Part shown: in pieces, positions 16,854 through 26,001 of the stretch | Position numbering within the stretch: position 1 is the stretch's first letter | Layout: every line of letters begins with the position of its first letter | Origin: Escherichia phage PCM001 | DNA: 33,766 nt | Sequence record: OR529306 | Strand: one strand, 5' to 3' | Translations under genes and position numbers: made by a program | Notes under the pieces: generated by a model | Database searches by the model: none | What the model saw: the letters and a program-made list of their open reading frames with translations, nothing else | Told to the model about the DNA's origin: nothing

Positions 16854-18669
16854 AGGACATCCATTCTTTACGAAGTTCTGAATCATCACCCAACAACATT
16901 TCAAAGAGTTCTTTCCAATTTTCAGGAAGTTTAACTACGTCGTACACAGGGTTCTGAATCATTTCACGATATTCTGACTTTTCAAGGGAGCCTAATCCCT
17001 TGATGTATCTAATACTATGCTTAGGCAGTGTATCTTTAACTTCTTCATACTCAGCTACAGTATAAAACCATTTTTGAGTTTTGCCAATTTGTGCAATAAT
17101 TACAGGCGTTTTAACAAAGCGAATACGTCCTTGTTCAAACAATTCAGGCCAATTACTAAAGAAAGCAAGCAAAGCCGGGTAAATACTTCCAAGACCGTCA
17201 TGATCGGCATCGGTCATAATTGCAATATTACGATAGTTTGTATTCTCTGCCTTTTCACCAAGAATAAGACCTGTGATAGCACAGATATCAAAGAGCTCTT
17301 TGTTCTTCATCATATCAGCATATGACATACCCCAGCTATTCATCACCTTACCGCGTAATGGGAATCCACCGTGTAGTTCACGGTCACGAACATCAATGAG
17401 ATAACCAATTGCCGAATCACCTTCTGTTAAGAACAATGTCGTATCTGCGTCTTTACCGCATTGGTTAGCTTTAATATGCTTATGAACCTTAGCTTTAGTT
17501 GCCTTTTTAGCTGCTTTAGTTTCTGCAGCCTTTTCTGCCGCCAATTTACGAGCTAATGCTGCTTCAACAATAGGCATAATCAAGGCTTCGTTTTTAAGAA
17601 GTGCCTGAGCAATTTTCTTAGCATCCAATTGGATATGATTACGAATATCACCATACGTTGACGTTAAACGTTCTTTAGTCTGAGAATCAAAACGCATGTT
17701 GCTCATGTCTCTAATAAACATCAACATTGTGAGGCATTCTTTAACACGAGCTTTAGTGACTTCAATACCCTTATATTTCTTTTTAATGCCGGGCAAAAGA
17801 TGTTCGCAGATATCATCCATTACACATTCAACATGATGACCACCATTTTTAGTATGGATGTTATTCACATAAGTTAAATGACGGAAGCCATCTGGTGATG
17901 TTGTGAATGCTATAGAGACTTTATCATTTTCTTGAATGATGTTATCTTCGCCAAATTGTTTAGCAAATCGTTTAAAATTACCATCAACCTTTTTACCATT
18001 AAATGTGAACTTGATATCAGGATAAACGACTGCCAATGTTTGAAGTCGGTCTAAAGTAATATCTAAATAAATTTGAGATAAATTATGCTCTTCAAATGAA
18101 GAGAAATCAGGAGTGAAGATTACTTTAGTGCCTTTACCTTTAGATTTCTTAGAAGACCATGATTTGTTTTCCATTCCGTTTGAACAGTTAACAGTGATTT
18201 CATTTTCGCCATCTGACGTGATGCCTGTAAACAACGTAGAGAAGATATTAGTTAAACTACTCCCGACACCGTTCATACCACCAGTCTTGCGTTCAGAGTC
18301 ATCACCGAAGTTACCACCGGCCTTTGGAATAGTCCAGGCTGCTACAGGCCCAGGAATTTGTTCACCTGTTTGGTCGGTAACTAAACCTTGAGGAATACCA
18401 CGTCCGTTATCTTCCACCGAAACTTGATTATTTTTAATTTGCACATCAATTTTATTTGCAAACTTAAATGATGTACGAATAGCTTCATCAACCGAGTTGT
18501 CAATAATCTCATCGATTAATTTAACCAGACCAGGAACATATTCAACTTGTTGATATTTACCAAACAAAAAACGCTCGTGGGCTTCTTTAGCCGAAGAACC
18601 AATATACATACCACTACGTTTCTTAATATGTTCTACATCTGACAATACCTTAATTTCATTTTTAATCAT
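16852..18669 (-). CDS. 39: DNA topoisomerase II large (ATPase, GyrB-like) subunit gp39, unsplit 605 aa
   Basis: N-terminal GHKL ATPase pattern (IDEIIDNSVDEA, EDNGRGIP, GLNGVGSS) plus TOPRIM-like C-terminal part in one ORF; SD GAGGAG. Confidence 0.9.
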   Translation of the reverse strand: MIKNEIKVLSDVEHIKKRSGMYIGSSAKEAHERFLFGKYQQVEYVPGLVKLIDEIIDNSVDEAIRTSFKFANKIDVQIKNNQVSVEDNGRGIPQGLVTDQTGEQIPGPVAAWTIPKAGGNFGDDSERKTGGMNGVGSSLTNIFSTLFTGITSDGENEITVNCSNGMENKSWSSKKSKGKGTKVIFTPDFSSFEEHNLSQIYLDITLDRLQTLAVVYPDIKFTFNGKKVDGNFKRFAKQFGEDNIIQENDKVSIAFTTSPDGFRHLTYVNNIHTKNGGHHVECVMDDICEHLLPGIKKKYKGIEVTKARVKECLTMLMFIRDMSNMRFDSQTKERLTSTYGDIRNHIQLDAKKIAQALLKNEALIMPIVEAALARKLAAEKAAETKAAKKATKAKVHKHIKANQCGKDADTTLFLTEGDSAIGYLIDVRDRELHGGFPLRGKVMNSWGMSYADMMKNKELFDICAITGLILGEKAENTNYRNIAIMTDADHDGLGSIYPALLAFFSNWPELFEQGRIRFVKTPVIIAQIGKTQKWFYTVAEYEEVKDTLPKHSIRYIKGLGSLEKSEYREMIQNPVYDVVKLPENWKELFEMLLGDDSELRKEWMS

Positions 18670-18691
18670 GTTGTCTCCTCGTTATGAAGGT

Positions 18692-18716
18692 ATTCTATCA
18701 TCCGAAATCTAAAGCA
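18692..18716 (-). promoter_or_regulatory. Candidate MotA-dependent middle promoter for gene 39
   Basis: - strand TGCTTTA (MotA-box consensus) 12 nt upstream of TAGAAT; about 25 nt upstream of gene 39 ATG. Confidence 0.4.
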
Positions 18717-18734
18717 AAAAGGGCCGAAGCCCTT
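18711..18734 (-). terminator. Intrinsic terminator upstream of gene 39 (possibly bidirectional)
   Basis: - strand RNA hairpin AAGGGC-UUCG-GCCCUU followed by UUUUUGCUUU; T-rich on the + strand side too. Confidence 0.55.
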
Positions 18735-19155
18735 ATTTAAATTTAATTTTCTGAAGTGCATCAATTGCAGCCAAACGCCCTTGTTCACTTTTAACTGTAA
18801 TGACCACATCGCCCGATACGATCACCGAACCGTCAACAAATTCTATAGAGCCTTTTTTGAAATCGACAGCTGTATCTGGTTCCGGAACTTCTTCAAAGAA
18901 TTTAAATTCTGCACCATAAAGCAGAATATCACCTTGCATACTAATGATTGTACGCCCAGGTCCATCGGTTTCAGCGGCAATCATTGAAACACCGTAACCA
19001 ATCATCTCTTCTACAATAAAATCTCTTGATAATAAAACTGTATGCAGAGTAGTGTTAAGACGTTTACCAGTTGTATTAAGAAGTCTCAAGAAATTATCTT
19101 CCTGTCCTTTGATAATACGATATTTCTTACCAACTTCAAAACCTTTAAAAGCCAT
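18733..19155 (-). CDS. Hypothetical protein (140 aa)
   Basis: ORF track; TAATTATG junction with upstream zinc-ribbon micro-gene. Confidence 0.5.
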   Translation of the reverse strand: MAFKGFEVGKKYRIIKGQEDNFLRLLNTTGKRLNTTLHTVLLSRDFIVEEMIGYGVSMIAAETDGPGRTIISMQGDILLYGAEFKFFEEVPEPDTAVDFKKGSIEFVDGSVIVSGDVVITVKSEQGRLAAIDALQKIKFK

Positions 19156-19157
19156 AA

Positions 19158-19337
19158 TTAACCCTTCTTAAGTAAGTCGTAAAAACCACCGTTTACATGT
19201 TTAGGAGCAGAAACCCGACGAGTAGACAGACGATGACATTCAGGGCAAACATCGTTTTCTCGTTCAGAGATCCTTTTAATTTTTTCATATTCATGACCAC
19301 AATCTTCAGATTGACATTTATAGTCGTATAATGGCAT
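19158..19337 (-). CDS. Zinc-ribbon protein, FmdB-like CxxC...CxxC (59 aa)
   Basis: MPLYDYKCQSEDCGHEYEKIKRISERENDVCPECHRLSTRRVSAP; not in ORF track (<60 aa); packed between neighbours with 2-nt gaps. Confidence 0.55.
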   Translation of the reverse strand: MPLYDYKCQSEDCGHEYEKIKRISERENDVCPECHRLSTRRVSAPKHVNGGFYDLLKKG

Positions 19338-19339
19338 TA

Positions 19340-19750
19340 TTATTCCTTAAAATGTGCTTTCAACATTTGATAAAAAGACCATGCCTGGTCGTTATTTTCG
19401 ATAGTAATCGTCATCACCGGAAATTCAGACAATTCATCGAGTTCGCCAGAATCTTGCTCTTCAGACGCTTGATACGGATTTCCCACTTCATCAAAAAACT
19501 CTGCTTCATTCGTGGAGAGCCAGATAAAGTTTTCATCAAGGATATCACCGCCTGTTGCGTATCCAACCGTGCCAGTAGATGTTAAAATTTTAGTAGGACG
19601 ACTAAGATGGTCAACATCTAAAATTTTAAAAGGTTCCATGCCAAGACGTCGTGCATAAATCCCATTATCAGTGTGGTTTTTAATAAACTCTTCTTGGGCA
19701 CGTTTATCTTTAAATTGGTACCATGAGTTAACGCGGAATTTATTAGCCAT
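19340..19750 (-). CDS. Hypothetical protein (136 aa)
   Basis: track ORF 19340..19768 trimmed to ATG at 19750 ([10 protein letters not shown]), TAATG overlap with upstream ORF. Confidence 0.5.
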   Translation of the reverse strand: MANKFRVNSWYQFKDKRAQEEFIKNHTDNGIYARRLGMEPFKILDVDHLSRPTKILTSTGTVGYATGGDILDENFIWLSTNEAEFFDEVGNPYQASEEQDSGELDELSEFPVMTITIENNDQAWSFYQMLKAHFKE

Positions 19751-19977
19751 TAGTAAGTTTCCTTCCAATAAGTTGTACCATTTTCAGTGATTTCACGGAA
19801 GATGCCATAGATAGGCATTTCATCACCGAGTTTTTCGTAAACGTAAACCACTTCAGTGTAGCATAAAAATTCAGTCCAGTTTTTCTGTACAACAACTAAA
19901 TCAGGATTAAACAGAACATCTTCAAACTCATCGATGTTTGAATCAGTAGTTACGTTTTTAATGATTTGACGTTTCAT
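19750..19977 (-). CDS. Hypothetical protein (75 aa)
   Basis: track ORF 19750..20022 trimmed to ATG at 19977 with SD AGAGGAG; early promoter at about 19990-20030. Confidence 0.5.
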   Translation of the reverse strand: MKRQIIKNVTTDSNIDEFEDVLFNPDLVVVQKNWTEFLCYTEVVYVYEKLGDEMPIYGIFREITENGTTYWKETY

Positions 19978-20034
19978 AATATTCTCCTCTTGTTTTGATA
20001 GGTCTATAGTATCATAGACCATAGTTGTTGTACA

Positions 20035-20559
20035 TCATTTTAGCAAAATAAAATCAACTTGTTCTGCCAATGAACGTCTGAACATTAATTGACAACTTCC
20101 AAGGATGAAATCAGGTGCTTCATAGACCGCGATGTAGTATCCTTTAGCTTTCAAGAGTTCAACATCCACCTGGTCATCAAACCATGCATAAACCGCGTCA
20201 ACACTTTCAAATCCAAAATAGAACCCTTTAGCCCAATCTTCACTCAATTCAAATGTGTGCTCAATTCTATAGTATCTTAAGATATTTTGTTCAAGGAGTT
20301 TGTCTTCATTTACTGTAGGACGATTAGGGACATTATAGTTGTCGCCATGATGGTAGAAGTTACCTGAGAGTATTCCATGCTTATCAAGGAACTCCCATGT
20401 TTCTTCAGAGTTGTCGGTGCCTGACCAACCGTATGGCGAGCGAGGTTCTTTATTCCAAGAGGTTTCCCAAATTCTGACGGCTTTACCGTCTTCGATAGCA
20501 ATTCCTGGTAATGATTCACGTTGAGTACAAAAACTACGTTCTATGCGGTAAACTAACAT
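20035..20559 (-). CDS. Hypothetical protein (174 aa)
   Basis: ORF track; SD AGAGGAG; early promoter at about 20570-20610. Confidence 0.5.
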   Translation of the reverse strand: MLVYRIERSFCTQRESLPGIAIEDGKAVRIWETSWNKEPRSPYGWSGTDNSEETWEFLDKHGILSGNFYHHGDNYNVPNRPTVNEDKLLEQNILRYYRIEHTFELSEDWAKGFYFGFESVDAVYAWFDDQVDVELLKAKGYYIAVYEAPDFILGSCQLMFRRSLAEQVDFILLK

Positions 20560-20618
20560 ATTATTCTCCTCTAGTTGATATGGTTATAATATCAAAACCA
20601 GAGGAGAAGTAAACAACT

Positions 20619-21038
20619 TTATGCGAAAGCAGCTGGGCTATATTTTTTAATTTGGAATTCAGGAACTACCATGAACTGTCCAGCGAAAACGATGTTATAA
20701 AGCTTGACACCATCTTCTACCCAACGGTCGCTAATAAATCCAGCGATTTGCTTAGTTTTCCACGGCGTTCCATCAGTTGCCGCAGCAATAGTGAATTCAT
20801 GGTCTTTTTCAACAGAAACTGATCTGCATAGTCCCCATTTGAACGCTTTTTCTTCTGGTTCAACGAATTGGCTTTTAACGTAGCCAATGTTACCATCGGC
20901 GTCACGAACTTTAACTTGGTTACGACCAAAAACCGGATCACTCACAGAAAGAACTTCAACCAACTTCCCGGCAACTTTAGAGCGAGAAGCAACAGATACA
21001 TATACGTAATCACCTGTAGAGAGATTTACAATATTCAT
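20619..21038 (-). CDS. Paralog family member A (139 aa), KOW-like N-terminal region plus conserved C-terminal module
   Basis: shares SVASRSKVAGKLVEV, FKWGLC and GFISDRWVEDGVKLYNIVFAGQFMVV with ORF 21048..21503; SD AAGGA. Confidence 0.55.
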   Translation of the reverse strand: MNIVNLSTGDYVYVSVASRSKVAGKLVEVLSVSDPVFGRNQVKVRDADGNIGYVKSQFVEPEEKAFKWGLCRSVSVEKDHEFTIAAATDGTPWKTKQIAGFISDRWVEDGVKLYNIVFAGQFMVVPEFQIKKYSPAAFA

Positions 21039-21047
21039 AATAATTCC

Positions 21048-21503
21048 TTAAGCTTTACGAGGAGACACATAGCGAGTGATTTCAGATTCTTTAACAACTC
21101 GGAAGTCACCTAAGAATACGATATTGTATAACTTTTCACCATCTTCAACCCATTGGTCACTAATGAAGCCACACATGGTATCAGTTGTGCTTGGATATCC
21201 GTATTCGTCGATGTAATCAAATTCTTTATCGGTCTGGAATTCAACGCCTTTGCAAAGGGCCCATTTGAACTGTACATTAGGTTCAGTAGAAGCAAAATGA
21301 GCACTCACACGAGTTTCCAGGAATTTAGGACTTACGTAAGCGTACTGAGTATCCTGACGTCCAAAACTAGGAATGATTCGAACTTTAACTTCTTTAATAC
21401 GTCCCATGCCATTTGTGCGAAGTCCGACAACTTCAACCAGACGACCTGCGGCTTTAGACCGGGATGCAGTTGATACACGCTTAATTTCACCAATAGTAAT
21501 CAT
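21048..21503 (-). CDS. Paralog family member B (151 aa)
   Basis: track ORF 21048..21566 trimmed to ATG at 21503 (MITIGEIKRV); STASRSKAAGRLVEV, FKWALC, GFISDQWVEDGEKLYNIVFLGDFRVV. Confidence 0.55.
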   Translation of the reverse strand: MITIGEIKRVSTASRSKAAGRLVEVVGLRTNGMGRIKEVKVRIIPSFGRQDTQYAYVSPKFLETRVSAHFASTEPNVQFKWALCKGVEFQTDKEFDYIDEYGYPSTTDTMCGFISDQWVEDGEKLYNIVFLGDFRVVKESEITRYVSPRKA

Positions 21504-21533
21504 AATTTTTCTCTCTTTGTTTAAGTTGAATTC

Positions 21534-21563
21534 ATTATACTCCATCCATCCTTGGATGTACAA
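21534..21563 (-). promoter_or_regulatory. Early promoter for paralog B
   Basis: - strand TTGTACA, 17 bp, TATAAT; about 45 bp region similar to the promoter at 22091..22120. Confidence 0.45.
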
Positions 21564-21565
21564 CA

Positions 21566-22060
21566 TTAATTTAGAATATTAACTACTGCACTACGTGGAA
21601 CCACACTAAAATCACCGGCATGAACAACGTTCAGAAGTTCAACCCCATCTTCAATCCACTGATCAGTTACCCATCCATTTACTGAACCAGCGAATGGGCG
21701 TCGAATTGAAACATATTTACACAATAAATCAGTAGGCTCAATAGGCTTAATCAGAGTACCGTACATACAAGCGATATCCATATCAAAGTGGAGACCATCT
21801 TTAACAGGTGCTTCTTCAATCAACAGTTCAAAGTCAGTGCTTGGAATGGCGGTAGTAGAAATTGTACCGTATGAATTTTTAATTTCTAAGAATAACCAAG
21901 GGCCTTCAGCCTGTTTGATGAAGTTAACAATAGTGAAACTACTACCTTGAGTGGCACCTAAAATTTCACAAAACTTTTCATAAGCTCGCACTGAAGCACC
22001 ATACCAGTTGATTTGTTTTTCGTCTTTCAGGATGTAAGTAGCCGTAGTATTGATATTCAT
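21566..22060 (-). CDS. Paralog family member C (164 aa), different N-terminal domain, same C-terminal module
   Basis: track ORF 21566..22102 (TTG start) trimmed to ATG at 22060; C-term GWVTDQWIEDGVELLNVVHAGDFSVVP aligns with A and B. Confidence 0.5.
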   Translation of the reverse strand: MNINTTATYILKDEKQINWYGASVRAYEKFCEILGATQGSSFTIVNFIKQAEGPWLFLEIKNSYGTISTTAIPSTDFELLIEEAPVKDGLHFDMDIACMYGTLIKPIEPTDLLCKYVSIRRPFAGSVNGWVTDQWIEDGVELLNVVHAGDFSVVPRSAVVNILN

Positions 22061-22090
22061 AATGGTTTCCCGTTTGGTTAAGATAGAAAG

Positions 22091-22120
22091 ATTATACTCC
22101 AACCATCCTTGGTTGTAAAC
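22091..22120 (-). promoter_or_regulatory. Early promoter for paralog C
   Basis: - strand GTTTACA, 17 bp, TATAAT. Confidence 0.5.
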
Positions 22121-22125
22121 TGGTT

Positions 22126-22803
22126 TTATCGCTGTTTTACACTTAACGGGTCAGGATTCTCAGGGACATCTTCAAGGCCAAGCGCATAACGCTGAGCATA
22201 TTTTAACATCAAAATATCTTTAGCACAATCATGAATACTATCATGGGCAACGAATCCTTTTAGCGTACCCATAGGTAATGGACATATACTTAATCCTCGT
22301 GTCAACGAGTAAGCTTCGATTGCCGTACGAATATCGCGTTGGGCCCAGAATTTAACCGGTTCTAATTTATCAGTATCAATCTCTGGTTCAAGAACACCTT
22401 CATCACGATAGAGGTCACGAATCAAATCGACCAAGATCGGGAAGTCAAAGCTCATACCACGGCACCACATCTGTGATTTCCATTGGTCAACTTTATTAGC
22501 TCGGCAATAGTCTAAAAAGATTTTAATGCCTTCAAGCGTAGTGACATCGTCTTCAGACGGAGCCAAGTTTTTACGCGCTTCAGCCGATTGTTCTTTCCAC
22601 CATTTCATAGTGGATTTAGCGAAAACTCGCTTCCCTTTCTGAGAAGCTAAATTAAATTTAATTCGCTTACCTCGTTGAACAAGTTCTTCAAATGATTCAA
22701 CAACTTCAGGGTCGGAATTATATGCAATAACCGCAAGGTCAATAACAGCCGCTTTTGATGTATTGCCGAATGTTTCAAAATCTATAATAACATCAGTGCT
22801 CAT
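22126..22803 (-). CDS. dexA: Exonuclease A (DnaQ-like 3'-5' exonuclease), 225 aa
   Basis: IIDFETFG ... MSFDFPILVDLIRD ... GFVAHDSIHDCAKDILMLKYA match recalled T4 DexA. Confidence 0.85.
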   Translation of the reverse strand: MSTDVIIDFETFGNTSKAAVIDLAVIAYNSDPEVVESFEELVQRGKRIKFNLASQKGKRVFAKSTMKWWKEQSAEARKNLAPSEDDVTTLEGIKIFLDYCRANKVDQWKSQMWCRGMSFDFPILVDLIRDLYRDEGVLEPEIDTDKLEPVKFWAQRDIRTAIEAYSLTRGLSICPLPMGTLKGFVAHDSIHDCAKDILMLKYAQRYALGLEDVPENPDPLSVKQR

Positions 22804-22812
22804 AATTTTCTC

Positions 22813-24126
22813 TCAAATAAAATGGACGTCAAACCGCCCACGAGTTGTGCCAACATACAATAACTGTTTAGCTAATTCTGAATCGGCATAATGGATACAC
22901 GGTGTATAAACAAAGGCCGTGTCAACAGACATACCCTGGGCCTTATGGAAGGTTGATACTGGTAGTGCCTTCACCTTAGTGAACATACGTTTAGCATCCC
23001 AGAATTCGCTCCATGGAGCTTTACCACCTTTATTCCAGAATTTGTATGTTTCTGCGGTCTTAGCCAAAAACAAATTGAATTTATAAAGCTCTTCTTCAGA
23101 AGAAATAACCTTTATATCTTCGCGGATGTATTCTTCATCATCCCCATATGTTTCTACTGTAAGATTCCAGTATCGTATCATATATTCGCCTGAAACACCA
23201 CGTGCTTTAACGAATGTAGACGTTTCTACAGCATCTCGAATACGAACGAATTGGCCGTTATTGAAAAGCATTTCGGTCATATTTTTACCATCTAACTTAT
23301 ATGTCTTGGTAAACGGCTCTTGTAGAACAATGACTTCATCTTTAATAAATGGCTTTTCTGTTTCGAGAAGTTTTCGGCGAATAATTGAATTTAACTTGTC
23401 TACTGACTTATTTGTGAATGCCATCATTCGATTTTCGAAAAGGTCTTCAGGAGTTTTAACGACGTTAAAATAATTCATCATATACGATTTAAGGTCTGTA
23501 TATCCGTGAACACCGTGCCCATCAACTACTTTATCGTAAATCCATTTGCCATTACGAATATCAGTCGCAACATCAATAATTGGTGCATTGCTACGTTTAA
23601 CTTCTGTAAGGTTGCATTGCACGAAGTCTTTGTGAGTGAAGAAAGGACTTAGATACGCGGTTGATTCGCCTGGGTCTACAGGACGAATCTGACATCGGTC
23701 GCCGATTCCAATTACTGTACACCATTTAGGGATACTAGCTAACATTATTTTAAACAGAGAACGGTCGCACATTGACGCTTCATCAAATAACAGTACACGG
23801 CACAAGGCTAAGTCGGGAACCTTTTTCTGTTCAAACAATACGTTTTCTTCGTATGTAGTTGGGTTGATTTTAAGAATGCTATGAATAGTCGATGCTTCTT
23901 GACCTGCGAGTTTGCTTAGAACCTTTTTAGCAGCATGTGTAGGGGCTGCTAAAATAATACCTGATTCTCCAGAAGAAATAAGGGCTTCAACGATGAATCT
24001 AGTAAGGGTTGTTTTACCTGTACCAGCAGGCCCATTAATAGTTACGTGATGTTTCTTTTCTTTAATAGCGTTCATAACAACGTTGAAGGCATTTTTCTGG
24101 CCTTCAGTCAAATCATCAAATGTCAT
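22813..24126 (-). CDS. dda: Dda DNA helicase (SF1), 437 aa
   Basis: MTFDDLTEGQKNAFNVVMNAIKEKKHHVTINGPAGTGKTT near-identical to recalled T4 Dda; Walker A present. Confidence 0.9.
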   Translation of the reverse strand: MTFDDLTEGQKNAFNVVMNAIKEKKHHVTINGPAGTGKTTLTRFIVEALISSGESGIILAAPTHAAKKVLSKLAGQEASTIHSILKINPTTYEENVLFEQKKVPDLALCRVLLFDEASMCDRSLFKIMLASIPKWCTVIGIGDRCQIRPVDPGESTAYLSPFFTHKDFVQCNLTEVKRSNAPIIDVATDIRNGKWIYDKVVDGHGVHGYTDLKSYMMNYFNVVKTPEDLFENRMMAFTNKSVDKLNSIIRRKLLETEKPFIKDEVIVLQEPFTKTYKLDGKNMTEMLFNNGQFVRIRDAVETSTFVKARGVSGEYMIRYWNLTVETYGDDEEYIREDIKVISSEEELYKFNLFLAKTAETYKFWNKGGKAPWSEFWDAKRMFTKVKALPVSTFHKAQGMSVDTAFVYTPCIHYADSELAKQLLYVGTTRGRFDVHFI

Positions 24127-24434
24127 CGTAAAGTCCCTGCAATTGGAATACTAACAATACGGCCTGTGTCCAGGATTCGTTGATATAATTTTTGCGTCTC
24201 CGCATCTAGTTTAATGTGTTTCATTTCAAGCTTATTAAACCAGAACTTACGCGGAGTTTCGACCATTCTTAGAACTCCCATTTTTAAATCTGTTTTATAC
24301 TGTGTTTTCAAAGTATCGAAAACTTTATCTGCAATATCCTTTCTAAAAAATACTGCAGGACGATGCTCATCAAGTGGAACCGGGACAGTAAATCCTTCCA
24401 TATCTCGATAAACTATTGCATATACATAAACCAT
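24123..24434 (-). CDS. Hypothetical protein (103 aa), dda.1 position
   Basis: ORF track; 4-nt overlap with dda start. Confidence 0.5.
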   Translation of the reverse strand: MVYVYAIVYRDMEGFTVPVPLDEHRPAVFFRKDIADKVFDTLKTQYKTDLKMGVLRMVETPRKFWFNKLEMKHIKLDAETQKLYQRILDTGRIVSIPIAGTLR

Positions 24435-24436
24435 AA

Positions 24437-25183
24437 TTAACCTTTAATCAGTTGGAATAATGATGCGCTAAGTGGTAGGCCACGTTTCAATTTTAATTTA
24501 CCAATGAAACCGATCTTTTCAAAACGTTGCAGACCTTGGATAACTTTATCATATGTATCGAAAAGCGATTCAGCATCAGTTAATTTAGTTTTAGTTTTCC
24601 AGTCAGAGCCTTTAAGAAGAACGTTGAGTTTAGTAAGTTCATGGCCTTCTGCTTGATGTGAGCCATTAATGCGTGCTTTCAAAGCAACAATTCTAAGTTT
24701 AGATTCGTTAGATAAAGGTTGATTTTTCATCATGTTCGCCATATGCTTAACACGATTTTCACGTTTTGCTCGGATTTTTAAAATAGTACCATAAACCTTT
24801 TTAATTTGGGCCCATTTCTTCTCGTCGAGATTAAGTTTCTCTACTTTACGGACAGAAGGATTAGCGATACGTCTTGCAATGGCATCACGTTTCTCAATAA
24901 GTTCTTCTAATGTTAAATCAGAACGAGCCGTGTTATATTTTTTCTTAACTGGGATAACATTACCTTTAATGTAGCCTATATCATTATTAAAACGTTCTAA
25001 GGATAATTTCTCACCTTCAACAGAGTTATTGAAAGATTCACCTGAGTAAGCGCAGACCTTTTGATCAAGGATGTTTTTAAGGTAATTAAAGTCTAAGTTA
25101 AAATCCTTAGAGCGTCTCTTCGCAGAAGCTCTGGTGTGGTCAAGACGACGATTGATTTTGTTAATTTTATTATTTGATAACAT
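24437..25183 (-). CDS. srd: Srd-like protein by synteny (248 aa)
   Basis: position between dda.1-like ORF and modA as in T4; basic protein; contains C.YSG...LSLERFNNDIGYIKGNV segment; identity not independently verifiable. Confidence 0.45.
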   Translation of the reverse strand: MLSNNKINKINRRLDHTRASAKRRSKDFNLDFNYLKNILDQKVCAYSGESFNNSVEGEKLSLERFNNDIGYIKGNVIPVKKKYNTARSDLTLEELIEKRDAIARRIANPSVRKVEKLNLDEKKWAQIKKVYGTILKIRAKRENRVKHMANMMKNQPLSNESKLRIVALKARINGSHQAEGHELTKLNVLLKGSDWKTKTKLTDAESLFDTYDKVIQGLQRFEKIGFIGKLKLKRGLPLSASLFQLIKG

Positions 25184-25335
25184 AATATTTTCCTCTGTCT
25201 TACGGACGTTAGGTCATTTAGCTGATGGGTCTATAATATCATGCCCTCAGGTAGTGTACACTCTTTTTTCGTAAAATGCTTTAATTTTTTATGTGTTATA
25301 ATGGTTCTGAGTTCCATCCGGTTATTCCAATCCAG

Positions 25336-25944
25336 TCAGTAACTGACAATAGACAGATTCCAGATTGTATAACGTCCATCTTGAATAATAGAATCTACAC
25401 GCAGTGTAGTCCCTATAGGGAGCATAAATTCACATTCGTCAGATATAAGTCTAGCATTAGACCGTCTTGTCGCTTCAGGGAAAGCTCCATTGAACTCACA
25501 AGATGGTGCAGCCAGAATCATGTTAAGCATATGTTCACGGAAGTTAAAAGCAAATGGTGCATCTTTGACGCAGAACATATTAAATGTTCCATAAAAATTA
25601 TATGAAGCGAAGTTACGTGCTACACCGAACACTGGACTAAAGCTCATTACTCTGTCAAATTTAATAATACTACCAACGCCTTTATCGTCGAGTGTGGCCA
25701 TAGTTTTCTTAGAGATTCCACGATACATTGTCTCAGGAACTGAAGAAGACCAATTTCTACGAACAATTGCACTTAAATCTTGTTGGATGCTGTCTGGCTT
25801 GTTTTCCATACATTGCCACAGTACACTTTGTTCAATGTCACTGAATTGCTCATCGATTTTGTACTGAAGTTGATCCTGATAGTCTGGGCATTGAGCACGA
25901 CGAACCATTTCTTCAATTTCACACTCGTTATACGGCATAAACAT
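25336..25944 (-). CDS. modA: ADP-ribosyltransferase ModA-like (202 aa)
   Basis: R..S-x-S..E-x-E arrangement (YRGIS, MSFSPVF, ECEFMLP) and position after srd as in T4. Confidence 0.7.
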   Translation of the reverse strand: MFMPYNECEIEEMVRRAQCPDYQDQLQYKIDEQFSDIEQSVLWQCMENKPDSIQQDLSAIVRRNWSSSVPETMYRGISKKTMATLDDKGVGSIIKFDRVMSFSPVFGVARNFASYNFYGTFNMFCVKDAPFAFNFREHMLNMILAAPSCEFNGAFPEATRRSNARLISDECEFMLPIGTTLRVDSIIQDGRYTIWNLSIVSY

Positions 25945-26001
25945 TTAGGTTTCTCCTATGGTTGATAAAAGTATAGTATCATCGTCAGTAGAGTTTGTAC
26001 A

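Noticed and set aside
13798-18391. Antisense ORFs inside rIIA, the glycosyltransferase-like gene and gene 39 (13798..14004, 13977..14354, 14772..14960, 15962..16186, 17017..17325, 18113..18391)
   Set aside because: Embedded in long, well-supported genes on the opposite strand; no start-site signals.
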